Shown piece by piece: positions 19,988-29,399 of a DNA stretch of 64,000 nucleotides. The notes below the pieces were generated by a model that was not told the origin of the DNA, searched no databases, and saw only the letters and a list, made by a program, of their open reading frames with translations. This stretch comes from an uncultured Muribaculaceae bacterium. Lineage in GTDB: Bacteria > Bacteroidota > Bacteroidia > Bacteroidales > UBA932. How positions within the stretch are numbered: the stretch's first letter is position 1; every line of letters begins with the position of its first letter. The stretch lies in the NCBI GenBank assembly GCA_964599025.1, contig CAZREC010000001.1, positions 9,820 through 73,819 of the forward strand. Reading direction: 5' to 3'. The translations under genes were made by a program, and so were the position numbers.

Positions 19988-22603
19988 ATGAACGAAGATA
20001 AGAAGATAGTGGAGACACCTCTGATGAAACAGTATTTTGCAATAAAATCGAAGTACCCCGATGCATTGCTGCTTTTCAGAGTCGGGGATTTTTACGAGAC
20101 ATTCGGAGAAGACGCAATAACTGCATCAAAAATTCTTGGTATTGTACTAACCCGCCGTGCAAACGGAGCGGCACAATTCGTAGAACTTGCAGGATTCCCC
20201 CATCACTCAATAGACACATATCTGCCCAAACTTGTAAGGGCAGGACATAAGGTAGCAATTTGCGACCAGCTCGAGGACCCTAAGCTTACAAAAAAAATAG
20301 TAAAAAGAGGCATAACAGAACTCGTAACCCCGGGAGTTGCATTCAACGACCAGCTGCTCTCACACAAAGAAAACAACTACCTGGCATCTGTCTACTTTGA
20401 GAAGGACAAAGCAGGAATTGCCTTTCTGGATATCTCTACCGGAAGCTTCCGTGTAGCAACCGGTTCTCTTTCATATATTGAGTTGTTGTTATCAAGCATT
20501 GCCCCAAAAGAGATACTTCTGCAAAAAGGCTACAAGAGCGGTTTTGAGGAGCGTTACGGCCGCGACATTTATCTTTCGACAATGGACGAATGGGCCTTCG
20601 TTACAGACTCTGCTTATGAAAAGCTGCAACAACATTTTGCAGTTTCGTCACTCAAAGGGTTCGGTATAGACAATATGCCCCTGGCTGTGACTGCAGCCGG
20701 AGCAATCCTTTTTTACCTCGAACTGACAAGACATGAAGGGCTCGGACATATCTGCTCTATTTCACGAATAGATGAAGGAGAGTATGTCTGGATAGATAAG
20801 TTCACATTCCGGAACCTTGAAATATTCAACAGCTTCCAGGAAAACGGAGCCTCGCTTATAAGTGTTGTCGACCGCACATCGTCGCCCATGGGAGCAAGAC
20901 TGCTCAGAAACTGGCTGGCAATGCCAATACTTAACACGAATGAACTTAATCTGAGACTCAACATAACAGAGTATTTCTTTAAAGAGAGTGAAAACAGGGA
21001 GACAATACAGAAACATCTGCGTGAGATAGGCGACCTTGAGAGAATCGTCTCAAAGGCAGCAGCCGGTAAGATTTCCCCGCGAGAGGTAGTTCAATTGAAA
21101 AGAGGCCTTGGTCAGATTATTCCGGTCAAGGAGATTTGTACAAAATCCGGCATAAGAGAGCTGGAAGATTTATCAGAACCACTGGACCCTTGTACCACAC
21201 TGCGAGAAAAGCTGGAGAGGGAGATAAAGGCAGAACCGGCAAGTCAGTTTGGCAAAGGAGATATAATTGCAGATGGAGTCAATGCAGAACTTGACACCCT
21301 CAGAAGAGTTGCAAGGCACGGAAAAGAGCTATTGAACGAGATACAGGAAAGGGTGATAGGGAGGAAAGGAATAAGCTGACTAAAAATAAGTTAAAATAAG
21401 GTATTCGGCTATTATCTGGAGGTAAGGAACACTCATAAAGGGAAAGTTCCGCAAGACTGGATTCGCAAGCAGACACTCGTTAATGCAGAGAGATACATAA
21501 CACAGGAGCTAAAGGAATATGAAGAAAAAATTCTTGGCGCCGAGGAAAAAATGCTCGTTTTGGAGCAAAATCTATTTGCAGCCATAGTCTCAGAGGTACA
21601 AAGTAACATTCCTGTTATACAAAGGAATTCTTCAGCGTTGGCTAAACTGGACATTCTTGTAGGTTTCGCTCAAACAGCACTAAGTAATAATTATAACAGG
21701 CCGTCTGTCAACCTGGGAAACTCAATTGTTATACGAAATGGCCGCCATCCTGTCATTGAGACGCTTATGGCGCCCGGTGAGGAGTATATTGCTAACGACT
21801 TGCAGCTAGACTGTGATAATCAGCAAATTATCATTCTTACGGGACCCAACATGTCGGGTAAAAGTGCGCTACTCAGACAAACCGCACTTATTGTGCTTCT
21901 TGCACAGGTCGGGTGTTTTGTTCCTGCTGACTCAGCAGAGATAGGAATAGTCGATAAAATATTTACCCGGGTGGGAGCATCAGATAATATCTCCAGAGGA
22001 GAGTCCACTTTTATGGTAGAGATGCTGGAAACTGCAACTATTTTGCACAATCTTTCAAGCCGCTCTCTTATTCTCCTTGACGAAATAGGCAGAGGAACAA
22101 GCACTTATGACGGAATGTCTATCGCCTGGTCAATAGTGGAATATATACATGAGCATCCTGAACACAGGGCAAAAACCCTGTTCGCAACCCACTACCATGA
22201 GCTTAACGATCTGGAAGATAAATTTGAAAGAGTCAAAAACTTTCACATTTCTGTTAAAGAGGTAGACAAAAAAGTTTTATTTTTACGTAAATTGCTTCCC
22301 GGTGGTGTTGCGCACAGTTTTGGCATACATGTGGCAAGAATGGCAGGGATGCCCCAGGAGGTTGTCAAGAGAGCAGAGAGGGTTTTGAAACAGCTGGAAG
22401 CGAGAGAAAAGGACCTGTCAAAAGCCGACAGGAAAAAGAGGATGACAATGAACGAGGAGGCTGTTCAATTATCCTTCTTTCAACTGGAAGATCCGCTTCT
22501 CATGAGTATTCGGGACGAACTCAACGAGATAGATATCAACACAATGTCTCCACTTGATGCATTTGACAAGTTGCGGAGCTTAAAAAAGAAGATTGGTTTA
22601 TAA
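19988..22603 (+). pseudogene. mutS: DNA mismatch repair protein MutS interrupted by two in-frame stop codons (pseudogene or sequence error)
   Basis: [51 protein letters not shown], all in one frame of 871 codons; TGA at 21377-21379 and TAA at 21392-21394. Confidence 0.85.
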
Positions 22604-22612
22604 AGAGAGAAT

Positions 22613-23884
22613 ATGGTTACTTATTACAGAAGACTCACAGTGGTTATCAAGCTGGTAATCGAAAGCATCCGTTTCGCCTTTGGTTCGCTTAAGGGCGATC
22701 GTTTCAGAACTTTTCTCTCTCTCTTTGGAGTAAGTATTGGAATTTTTTCCATTGTTACCGTCTTTACTGCAATTGATGCTTTGCAGAAAAATGTTGAAAG
22801 CGGGCTTAACAGCTTTGGTGGTAATACCCTCTACATTCAGGAATTTCCATGGGAACCTCCGGAGGGCGAAGAGTATAAATGGTGGGAATACCGTAAAAGA
22901 CCCGCTCCTAAATATGAAGAGTTCCAATTTATTAAAAACGAGGCGAAAACCGCAGAAGCCGTAGCTTTTGTAATCTTCACAAACAAAAACATACGATATA
23001 AAAGAAACTCCTTTTCAGGGGGATTCATTACGGCCCCTACCAGCGACTGGGAAAAAATATCCAATGTAGAAATTGACCAGGGAAGATACTTCTCAACATT
23101 CGAAGCTCAATCTTCCACTCCGGTGGTAATTCTCGGGTTCTCTGTTGCAGAAGCCCTCTTCAAGGGAGAGGACCCTTTGAACAAGGTTATAAAGGTGGGC
23201 TCAAGTACCGCAAAGGTCATAGGTGTTCAGAAAAAGGCAGGGGAAAGCATTGTCAACATTTTCGATACCGATAATTCAATATTGGTTCCTTACAGATACG
23301 CAAGCACCATAGTAAATGCACGAAACGCCGGTTCTATGATATGCGTAAAACCACTAGAAACAGCAAACAGAGAGGAATTCCTGTTGGAAATGAAACAGTT
23401 GCTGAGGTCCATCCGCCGATTGAAACCGAATCAGTCAGATAATTTCGCATTAAACGAAATGACATTCCTGCTTAATCAGACAAAGGCAATCTTTGGGGGT
23501 ATAAACCTCGCCGGGTGGATAATCGGAGGCTTTTCAATACTGATAGGCGGTTTCGGAATCGCTAACATAATGTTCGTATCTGTAAAAGAGAGAACAAATC
23601 TGATAGGTATACAGAAGGCTCTGGGGGCAAAGAAATATATGATTCTTACTCAGTTCCTGGCTGAAGCAGCCGTTCTTGCACTTGCGGGAGGGGTGATTGG
23701 ATTGCTGATGGTAATGGGGGTTGTACTGGCGACGCAGGGGAACCCTGCCTTTCCAATGGAGCTTAGTGCATACAATATAATTCGTGGCTTGTTAATCTCA
23801 TCTGTCATTGGCATTGTCTCGGGATTCGTTCCTGCCTATACGGCTGCCCGACTGAACCCGGTAGATGCAATAAACTCTAAGTAG
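22613..23884 (+). CDS. ABC transporter permease (MacB/FtsX family)
   Basis: RTFLSLFGVSIGI, GGFGIANIMFVSVKERTNLIGIQKALGA, PAYTAARLNPVDAI. Confidence 0.92.
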   Translation: MVTYYRRLTVVIKLVIESIRFAFGSLKGDRFRTFLSLFGVSIGIFSIVTVFTAIDALQKNVESGLNSFGGNTLYIQEFPWEPPEGEEYKWWEYRKRPAPKYEEFQFIKNEAKTAEAVAFVIFTNKNIRYKRNSFSGGFITAPTSDWEKISNVEIDQGRYFSTFEAQSSTPVVILGFSVAEALFKGEDPLNKVIKVGSSTAKVIGVQKKAGESIVNIFDTDNSILVPYRYASTIVNARNAGSMICVKPLETANREEFLLEMKQLLRSIRRLKPNQSDNFALNEMTFLLNQTKAIFGGINLAGWIIGGFSILIGGFGIANIMFVSVKERTNLIGIQKALGAKKYMILTQFLAEAAVLALAGGVIGLLMVMGVVLATQGNPAFPMELSAYNIIRGLLISSVIGIVSGFVPAYTAARLNPVDAINSK

Positions 23885-24680
23885 CAGAATCTATAAGCTT
23901 GGTAAGTTCGATAAACTCCTCTACCGACAACTGCTCCGGGCGTTGTCCAAGCAGATAACTGTCAGACAGAATAACTCCGTTCAGCAGTGGTTTTATCGAA
24001 TTTCTTATTGCCTTACGACGTTGGTTAAACGATGTCTTAACCACCATTTTAAACAACCTCTCATCACAATCTATTGATTCTCTTGCGTTTCTTTTTAATC
24101 GTATGACCGCCGATTTCACCTTTGGCGGAGGATTGAAAACATGTTCGTCCACAGTAAAGAGATACTCTATATCGTACCAAGTCTGCAGCAGGACAGAAAG
24201 AATGCCATAGTTTTTCTTCCCCGGAGGAGAGGCCAGTCTCTCGGCCACCTCTTTCTGAATCATCCCCACAACCATTGGAACACGCTCTTTGTAATCAATT
24301 ACCTTGAAAAATATTTGTGAAGAGATATTGTACGGAAAGTTCCCGATAACCAGAAATTTGTCGTCAAACAGCTTCGCCAGATCCATCCTCAGAAAATCCC
24401 CCTCAAGCAGTCTCTCCCCAAGTTGCGGAAAATGAATTTTCAGGTACTCCACAGACTCCCTGTCAATCTCGGCAACAGTCAGTCTTATTTTTGGGTCCTC
24501 AACAAGATACTGAGTAAGCACACCCGTTCCCGGGCCCACCTCTATTACATCAGTTACACTAGCAGATACACCATCCGCCGCTGTTCCTTCATCAATAGTG
24601 AGGCTCTCGACAATCCTTTTAGCAATGCCCAGATCTTTAAGAAAGTGCTGGCCAAGTGATTTTTTTGCTTTTACATACAT
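23877..24680 (-). CDS. rsmA: 16S rRNA adenine dimethyltransferase RsmA/KsgA
   Basis: AKKSLGQHFL, EVGPGTG, GNFPYNISS, FNPPPKVKSAV, FNQRRK. Confidence 0.97.
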   Translation of the reverse strand: MYVKAKKSLGQHFLKDLGIAKRIVESLTIDEGTAADGVSASVTDVIEVGPGTGVLTQYLVEDPKIRLTVAEIDRESVEYLKIHFPQLGERLLEGDFLRMDLAKLFDDKFLVIGNFPYNISSQIFFKVIDYKERVPMVVGMIQKEVAERLASPPGKKNYGILSVLLQTWYDIEYLFTVDEHVFNPPPKVKSAVIRLKRNARESIDCDERLFKMVVKTSFNQRRKAIRNSIKPLLNGVILSDSYLLGQRPEQLSVEEFIELTKLIDSAT

Positions 24681-25681
24681 GGTGCAAAGGTATCTATTTT
24701 TTCTATTGATATCATTATCGGCAAATGGTCACTAATTCCACCATTATATCTGGGTCCTGTATAGCTTCTTTTTGGCTTGTAACCAAGATACTCCTTATCT
24801 TTTTCCAGTAGAAACGGAGGTTTGTATATTTTCATTGCAGATGAATCGCAAGATATTGGTTCTTTCCTATTTAAAAGGTTTCCTGAAATTATAAACTGAT
24901 CTATAAGCTCCCACTTTCCCCTGTATCTTATTGTCCCCTCTCCTTTCAGGAATAGCCCTTTTGCCAGGTTTGTGAATTTATCAAAAGCATTAAAAATGTG
25001 AGAATCAGGGGTGTCATTAAAATCACCGGTGAGCAAAATATTTGCATTAGCATTTAGTAAAAAAATTGAATCGGTTTTAATTTTTAACATTTTTGCCGCA
25101 GCAACCCTGTTCGGCATAGATGCCTCCTCTCCGCCAAACTTAGAGGGCCAGTGGTTGACAAAAAGGTGAAGTGTGTCAAGTTCTTCAAATACCCCTTTAA
25201 CGTACATAATCAGCCTTGTTTTTGCAGCAGAATCCGGGAGTGGCACATATATGAAATTAGCTGAAAGTGGCCTGAAAACCTCCTTTCGGTACAAAAGCGC
25301 CACATCTATACCCCGCTCGTCCGGAGAGTCCCTGTGAATGACCCCATAGTTGAGCAACGCAAGGGGTGTACTTCGTACCAGTTGCTCAAGTACGAACCTG
25401 TTTTCCACCTCTGCCAGAGCAACCAGAGCAGGGCTGTTTGTCCCTTCACCGGCAGAAATTATCACCTTTGCTATCCCGTTCCTTTTTGCCACGAACTTCT
25501 TCCAGCTCCAGCGCCTCTCACCAAACGGAGTAAACTCATTGTCCGAAGTCCGGGGGTCATCAAATGTATCGAAATAGTTTTCGAGGTTCCAGAACATTAT
25601 AATATACCGCCCCGTCTGACTCCTCCCCTCAGTAAGCATAGCTGCCAGAAACAGCACCAATACCATCCCCGTCCATTTCAT
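24671..25681 (-). CDS. Secreted endonuclease/exonuclease/phosphatase-family protein
   Basis: WNLENYFD, AEVEN, DERGIDVALLY, NHWPS, GDFND, SDHLP; start uncertain (25681-25711). Confidence 0.88.
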   Translation of the reverse strand: MKWTGMVLVLFLAAMLTEGRSQTGRYIIMFWNLENYFDTFDDPRTSDNEFTPFGERRWSWKKFVAKRNGIAKVIISAGEGTNSPALVALAEVENRFVLEQLVRSTPLALLNYGVIHRDSPDERGIDVALLYRKEVFRPLSANFIYVPLPDSAAKTRLIMYVKGVFEELDTLHLFVNHWPSKFGGEEASMPNRVAAAKMLKIKTDSIFLLNANANILLTGDFNDTPDSHIFNAFDKFTNLAKGLFLKGEGTIRYRGKWELIDQFIISGNLLNRKEPISCDSSAMKIYKPPFLLEKDKEYLGYKPKRSYTGPRYNGGISDHLPIMISIEKIDTFAPCM

Positions 25682-25862
25682 ATCGTCCCCATCCATTTCA
25701 TATTTTATCACCTCATTACTGATATAAAAATAAGCATATCTGTCATTTTTTCCACTGCTTCCTATTTCTAATTATCTGATTTGGTGTCCGTTTTATCTGA
25801 TTTTAGATTTTCCCGTTATTATTAGCTATTTTTGCCGTCTCAAATAATTAAATTCAGGAAAA

Positions 25863-26966
25863 ATGTCACTTCAATGCGGTATAGTAGGCCTTCCCAACGT
25901 CGGAAAATCAACATTATTCAACTGTATAAGCTCCGGTAAGGCACAATCTGCAAACTTTCCTTTTTGCACAATTGAGCCTAACATCGGTTCAACAATAGTA
26001 CCGGACGAAAGACTTCAGATACTTGAAAAGCTGGTAAAACCACACAAGGTTATACCTGCCACTGTAGAAATTGTAGATATTGCAGGGCTCGTTAAAGGTG
26101 CCAGCAAAGGAGAGGGTCTTGGCAATCAATTTCTTGCCAACATCCGTGAAACTGATGCGATCATACATGTAATACGCTGCTTCGAGGATCCTAACGTTAT
26201 TCATGTGGACGGTAACGTCAACCCGGTAAGAGATAAAGAGATAATTGACACAGAACTGCAGATAAAGGACCTCGAAACTGTCGAGAACAGAATCAGCAAG
26301 GCTCATAAACAGGCACAAACAGGCGGAGACAAGAATGCAAAGAGGCTATACGACATACTTCTCAAGTATAAGGAGGTTTTAGAGCAAGGCAAATCGGCTC
26401 GTACGGTAAAAATCGACAACGCAGAAGACAGGAAGCTGGCAAAAGAGCTGTTCCTGCTTACCGACAAGCCTGTTCTTTATGTATGCAATGTTGATGAGAA
26501 ATCTGCTAAAGAGGGAAATGCCTTTGTAGAAAGCATAAAAGAGGCCATAAAGGGCGAAGATGCTCAGTTGCTAATTGTTGCTGCAAAAATTGAGTCGGAA
26601 ATTGCCGAACTTGAAAGCTTCGAAGAGAGACAGATGTTTTTAAATGAAATCGGCCTTGAAGAGTCCGGAGTTTCACGTGTCATCCGCGCCGCATACTCTC
26701 TTTTAAACCTCGAAACCTACTTTACTGCCGGTATTCAGGAGGTAAGGGCCTGGACGATACACAAAGGGACAAAAGCTCCTCAGGCTGCCGGTGTAATACA
26801 CACCGACTTCGAAAAGGGATTCATACGTGCAGAGGTTATAAAATATGAAGATTACGTGAAATACCGCTCAGAGGCAGCATGCAGAGAAGCCGGCAAGTTG
26901 GGCGTAGAGGGCAAGGAGTACGTCGTTCAGGACGGCGACATCATGCACTTCCGCTTTAACGTGTAG
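25863..26966 (+). CDS. ychF: Ribosome-binding ATPase YchF
   Basis: GIVGLPNVGKSTLFN, NFPFCTIEPN, DIAGLVKGASKGEGLGNQFL, EGKEYVVQDGDIMHFRFNV. Confidence 0.98.
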   Translation: MSLQCGIVGLPNVGKSTLFNCISSGKAQSANFPFCTIEPNIGSTIVPDERLQILEKLVKPHKVIPATVEIVDIAGLVKGASKGEGLGNQFLANIRETDAIIHVIRCFEDPNVIHVDGNVNPVRDKEIIDTELQIKDLETVENRISKAHKQAQTGGDKNAKRLYDILLKYKEVLEQGKSARTVKIDNAEDRKLAKELFLLTDKPVLYVCNVDEKSAKEGNAFVESIKEAIKGEDAQLLIVAAKIESEIAELESFEERQMFLNEIGLEESGVSRVIRAAYSLLNLETYFTAGIQEVRAWTIHKGTKAPQAAGVIHTDFEKGFIRAEVIKYEDYVKYRSEAACREAGKLGVEGKEYVVQDGDIMHFRFNV

Positions 26967-26993
26967 ACTTTGCAGAACGTGTAGACTTTGCAG
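26958..26993 (+). repeat. 18-bp perfect tandem duplication spanning the ychF stop codon
   Basis: AACGTGTAGACTTTGCAG twice (26958-26975, 26976-26993). Confidence 0.9.
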
Positions 26994-27110
26994 TAGTTTT
27001 TAGCAATGTGTTGATTAATAAACACATGCAAACATTTTTACCCAATATACAATAACTGCAACCGCATAAATACGTATCGATCACCTACTTGCTAAAAACT
27101 ACTGCAAAGT
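26985..27110. mobile_element. MITE-like cassette, 22-bp perfect terminal inverted repeats
   Basis: ACTTTGCAGTAGTTTTTAGCAA (26985-27006) and its exact reverse complement (27089-27110), 82-bp spacer. Confidence 0.6.
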
Positions 27111-27147
27111 AGTCGTGCAGCGATCGGCGACTCTGGCAGATCAAAGT

Positions 27148-27178
27148 AAAAAACCGCTCCAATTTGGAACGGTTTTTT
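27148..27178. terminator. Bidirectional intrinsic terminator between ychF and ppiD
   Basis: AAAAAACCGCTCCAATTTGGAACGGTTTTTT hairpin flanked by A and T runs. Confidence 0.75.
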
Positions 27179-27232
27179 ATGTTTTGACCTATACTCACCG
27201 AATCGGGTACACAATGGGCTTCCCCAAATACT

Positions 27233-29335
27233 CTAAAAGAATTTCGTTCTGTAGTCTTTAACGCCGGCTGCCTTTTCAAGAATCGAAGGCAACATTTGCA
27301 TCTGGTAACCAAACATTTGATTAGCTCTTGCCTTTGCGTCGTCTTCTGTAAAGAATGCGCCGGTCTGTCTTGCATCAACGTTGAAGATATAAACACCAAC
27401 ATTGCCGCCAATAGGGCCTGTAAGAGTGTTTTCCTTAGCTCCGGCTACAGATCCTACAAATTTAGGGTCAAACGACTGCGAACCAATTGCTCCAAAAGAG
27501 ATCCCTGTCTGTTTGCTGATAGTAGAGCCTAGTTTAGCTGCAATGGCATCAAGAGTTGTCATGCCTTTAACCTGCTCAGCAATATTTGCCAGCATCTTTT
27601 CATTGGTCTTTTCTCTCTTTAGTATTGCTGTAATATTTGATTCAACAGCTTCTAGTTCTGGAATTCCCTCTTCTCTGGCAGCTGTCAGTGCAACTACAAA
27701 GAAGTATTTGTTATCTACAGAGATTATCTGTGATACATCGCCAACCTTTGCATCAAATGCCCAGCGGCTTATTTCACGTGCATTCTTATAAGTGGCAACA
27801 GTTTTGGCCCCCTGTGCAATTCCATTTGCAGGAACCGGAGAGAGGTTCATCTCTTTAACAGCTGCGTTATACTTTTCAATCTTTCCGTCAGATTTGGAAA
27901 CAAGATCATTTGCTTTTGAATAGTAAGTCTGGAAGGTCTCCTTGCTGGCAACAGCGTCTTTTTGCAATATTGCAATCTGAACCTTTGTCACGGGTTTTGT
28001 TCTCTCCTTAACTCTTACAATATGAAGACCATAGTTGGTTTCAATAGTAACCAGCTTGTTTGGAGCAAGTACAAAGCATGTGTCAAAACCAGGGATGTTA
28101 TAACTCTGGGTCATCCATCCAAGGTCTCCCGGATTTGCTGCTTTTGGATTTTTATCTGCTGAGTTGGCTGCTGCAATCTGGCTGAAATCGGCACCACCTT
28201 CGATAAGTTTAATTAGTGAGTCTGCTTTCGCCTTTGCAACTGACTTGTCTGCATTTTGAATAAGAATATGCTGCACATTTACTGAGTCAGGTACCTGCTT
28301 GATTGCACTGATTCTTGCGGCTCTGAATGTGTTGCCCTCCTGATAAACAGGAAGAACCGACGATAAGTTGGCTTTAAATGCAAAGCTGTCAAGAACCGGT
28401 GATATTGATGCAAGTTCGCCAGCCTTGTAGAAATACGGGTTAAGAGATTTATCCGAGTTTCTTGCCAGAAATGTTTTAAGGTTTGTAGTTGTAACGAATT
28501 CGTTATAAACCTTTTTGATATCTTCCTCTGCAAGATTAACATCCTGTAATGAAGGAACTACTTCAAAAACAACATATTCAATATCTCTGTTAGCCTTTTG
28601 CTCAAAGTTGTTCTTGTTTTTGTTATAGTACTCTCTTATCTCTTGTTTTGTTACTGAAATGGTTGTATCCGGATTCATTCCATAAGGCTGGATAATGAAA
28701 GAGACATCAGATGTAACATTGTTCTCCTCAATTGTCCTTCTAAGCTCAACAGGGTTTGAAATATTGCTCTTTGCAAGCAGAGAGATGTATTTTGTAAACA
28801 TCTGCTCGTTTTTCATCCCTTTTTCGAGATATTGCCAGTATGTTGCTAGATTGCCGGTATTGTCCTGAGGAATGGCTTTTATAAAATCAACCAGCTTCTG
28901 TCTGTCAAACTGACCATCAGGAGAAACAAAAGACTGTTCTCTCAGAAGAACCGGAGATATCTTTGAACCCTGACTCAGGTCGAACATTTCTTCATCTCCG
29001 ACAGCCAGACCTGCGTCTTGAATAGCCGGAATAAGAACATTTTCGCTGATTAACTCCTGCCATGCACTCTGGTTTACCATCTCCTGACCTTGCTCGTCAA
29101 GCGCGCTTGATCCAGTTGTAAGTTGGTGAATCTGTGTGTAATAATCAATTTTCTTTTGGAAATCTCTATAAGAGATTGCCTTCCCGTTCATCTCTCCTAT
29201 ATCGTTTTTAGAAGAAAACATAGAGATTGCCGATTGAAATGTGTCTGCGTCTATAATAAACGAGAGTAATGCAACACCAATGAGAAGTGTTATAAAGGCT
29301 CCCATTTTAACGCGGATCTTCTCTAGAACTGCCAT
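27233..29335 (-). CDS. ppiD: PpiD-like periplasmic chaperone / peptidyl-prolyl isomerase (SurA N-terminal + rotamase)
   Basis: MAVLEKIR + TM; VNVQHILI, GADFSQIAAANSAD, GDLGW, ETNYGLHIVRV. Confidence 0.85.
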   Translation of the reverse strand: MAVLEKIRVKMGAFITLLIGVALLSFIIDADTFQSAISMFSSKNDIGEMNGKAISYRDFQKKIDYYTQIHQLTTGSSALDEQGQEMVNQSAWQELISENVLIPAIQDAGLAVGDEEMFDLSQGSKISPVLLREQSFVSPDGQFDRQKLVDFIKAIPQDNTGNLATYWQYLEKGMKNEQMFTKYISLLAKSNISNPVELRRTIEENNVTSDVSFIIQPYGMNPDTTISVTKQEIREYYNKNKNNFEQKANRDIEYVVFEVVPSLQDVNLAEEDIKKVYNEFVTTTNLKTFLARNSDKSLNPYFYKAGELASISPVLDSFAFKANLSSVLPVYQEGNTFRAARISAIKQVPDSVNVQHILIQNADKSVAKAKADSLIKLIEGGADFSQIAAANSADKNPKAANPGDLGWMTQSYNIPGFDTCFVLAPNKLVTIETNYGLHIVRVKERTKPVTKVQIAILQKDAVASKETFQTYYSKANDLVSKSDGKIEKYNAAVKEMNLSPVPANGIAQGAKTVATYKNAREISRWAFDAKVGDVSQIISVDNKYFFVVALTAAREEGIPELEAVESNITAILKREKTNEKMLANIAEQVKGMTTLDAIAAKLGSTISKQTGISFGAIGSQSFDPKFVGSVAGAKENTLTGPIGGNVGVYIFNVDARQTGAFFTEDDAKARANQMFGYQMQMLPSILEKAAGVKDYRTKFF

Positions 29336-29399
29336 TTTGTATTAGTTTTTAGTTATTTTCTTGTAGGGCGCGAAGATAGTAATTTTTTTTATAATCTCT

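Noticed and set aside
21377..21394. Stop-codon reassignment, selenocysteine or programmed readthrough in mutS
   Set aside because: Two different stops (TGA and TAA) occur at Ser/Tyr-like positions, and all other genes end normally at TAA, TAG or TGA.
21341..21403. DGR-type variable region explaining the mutS substitutions
   Set aside because: The inferred changes are mainly at C rather than A, and there is no template repeat or reverse transcriptase in the window.
26958..27110. CRISPR array or integrase att site
   Set aside because: Only two abutting 18-bp copies with no spacer; no cas or integrase gene and no distant second copy seen.
27109..27132. GTAG-led REP-like hairpin
   Set aside because: Only a 5-bp stem, a single copy in the window and no RAYT transposase.
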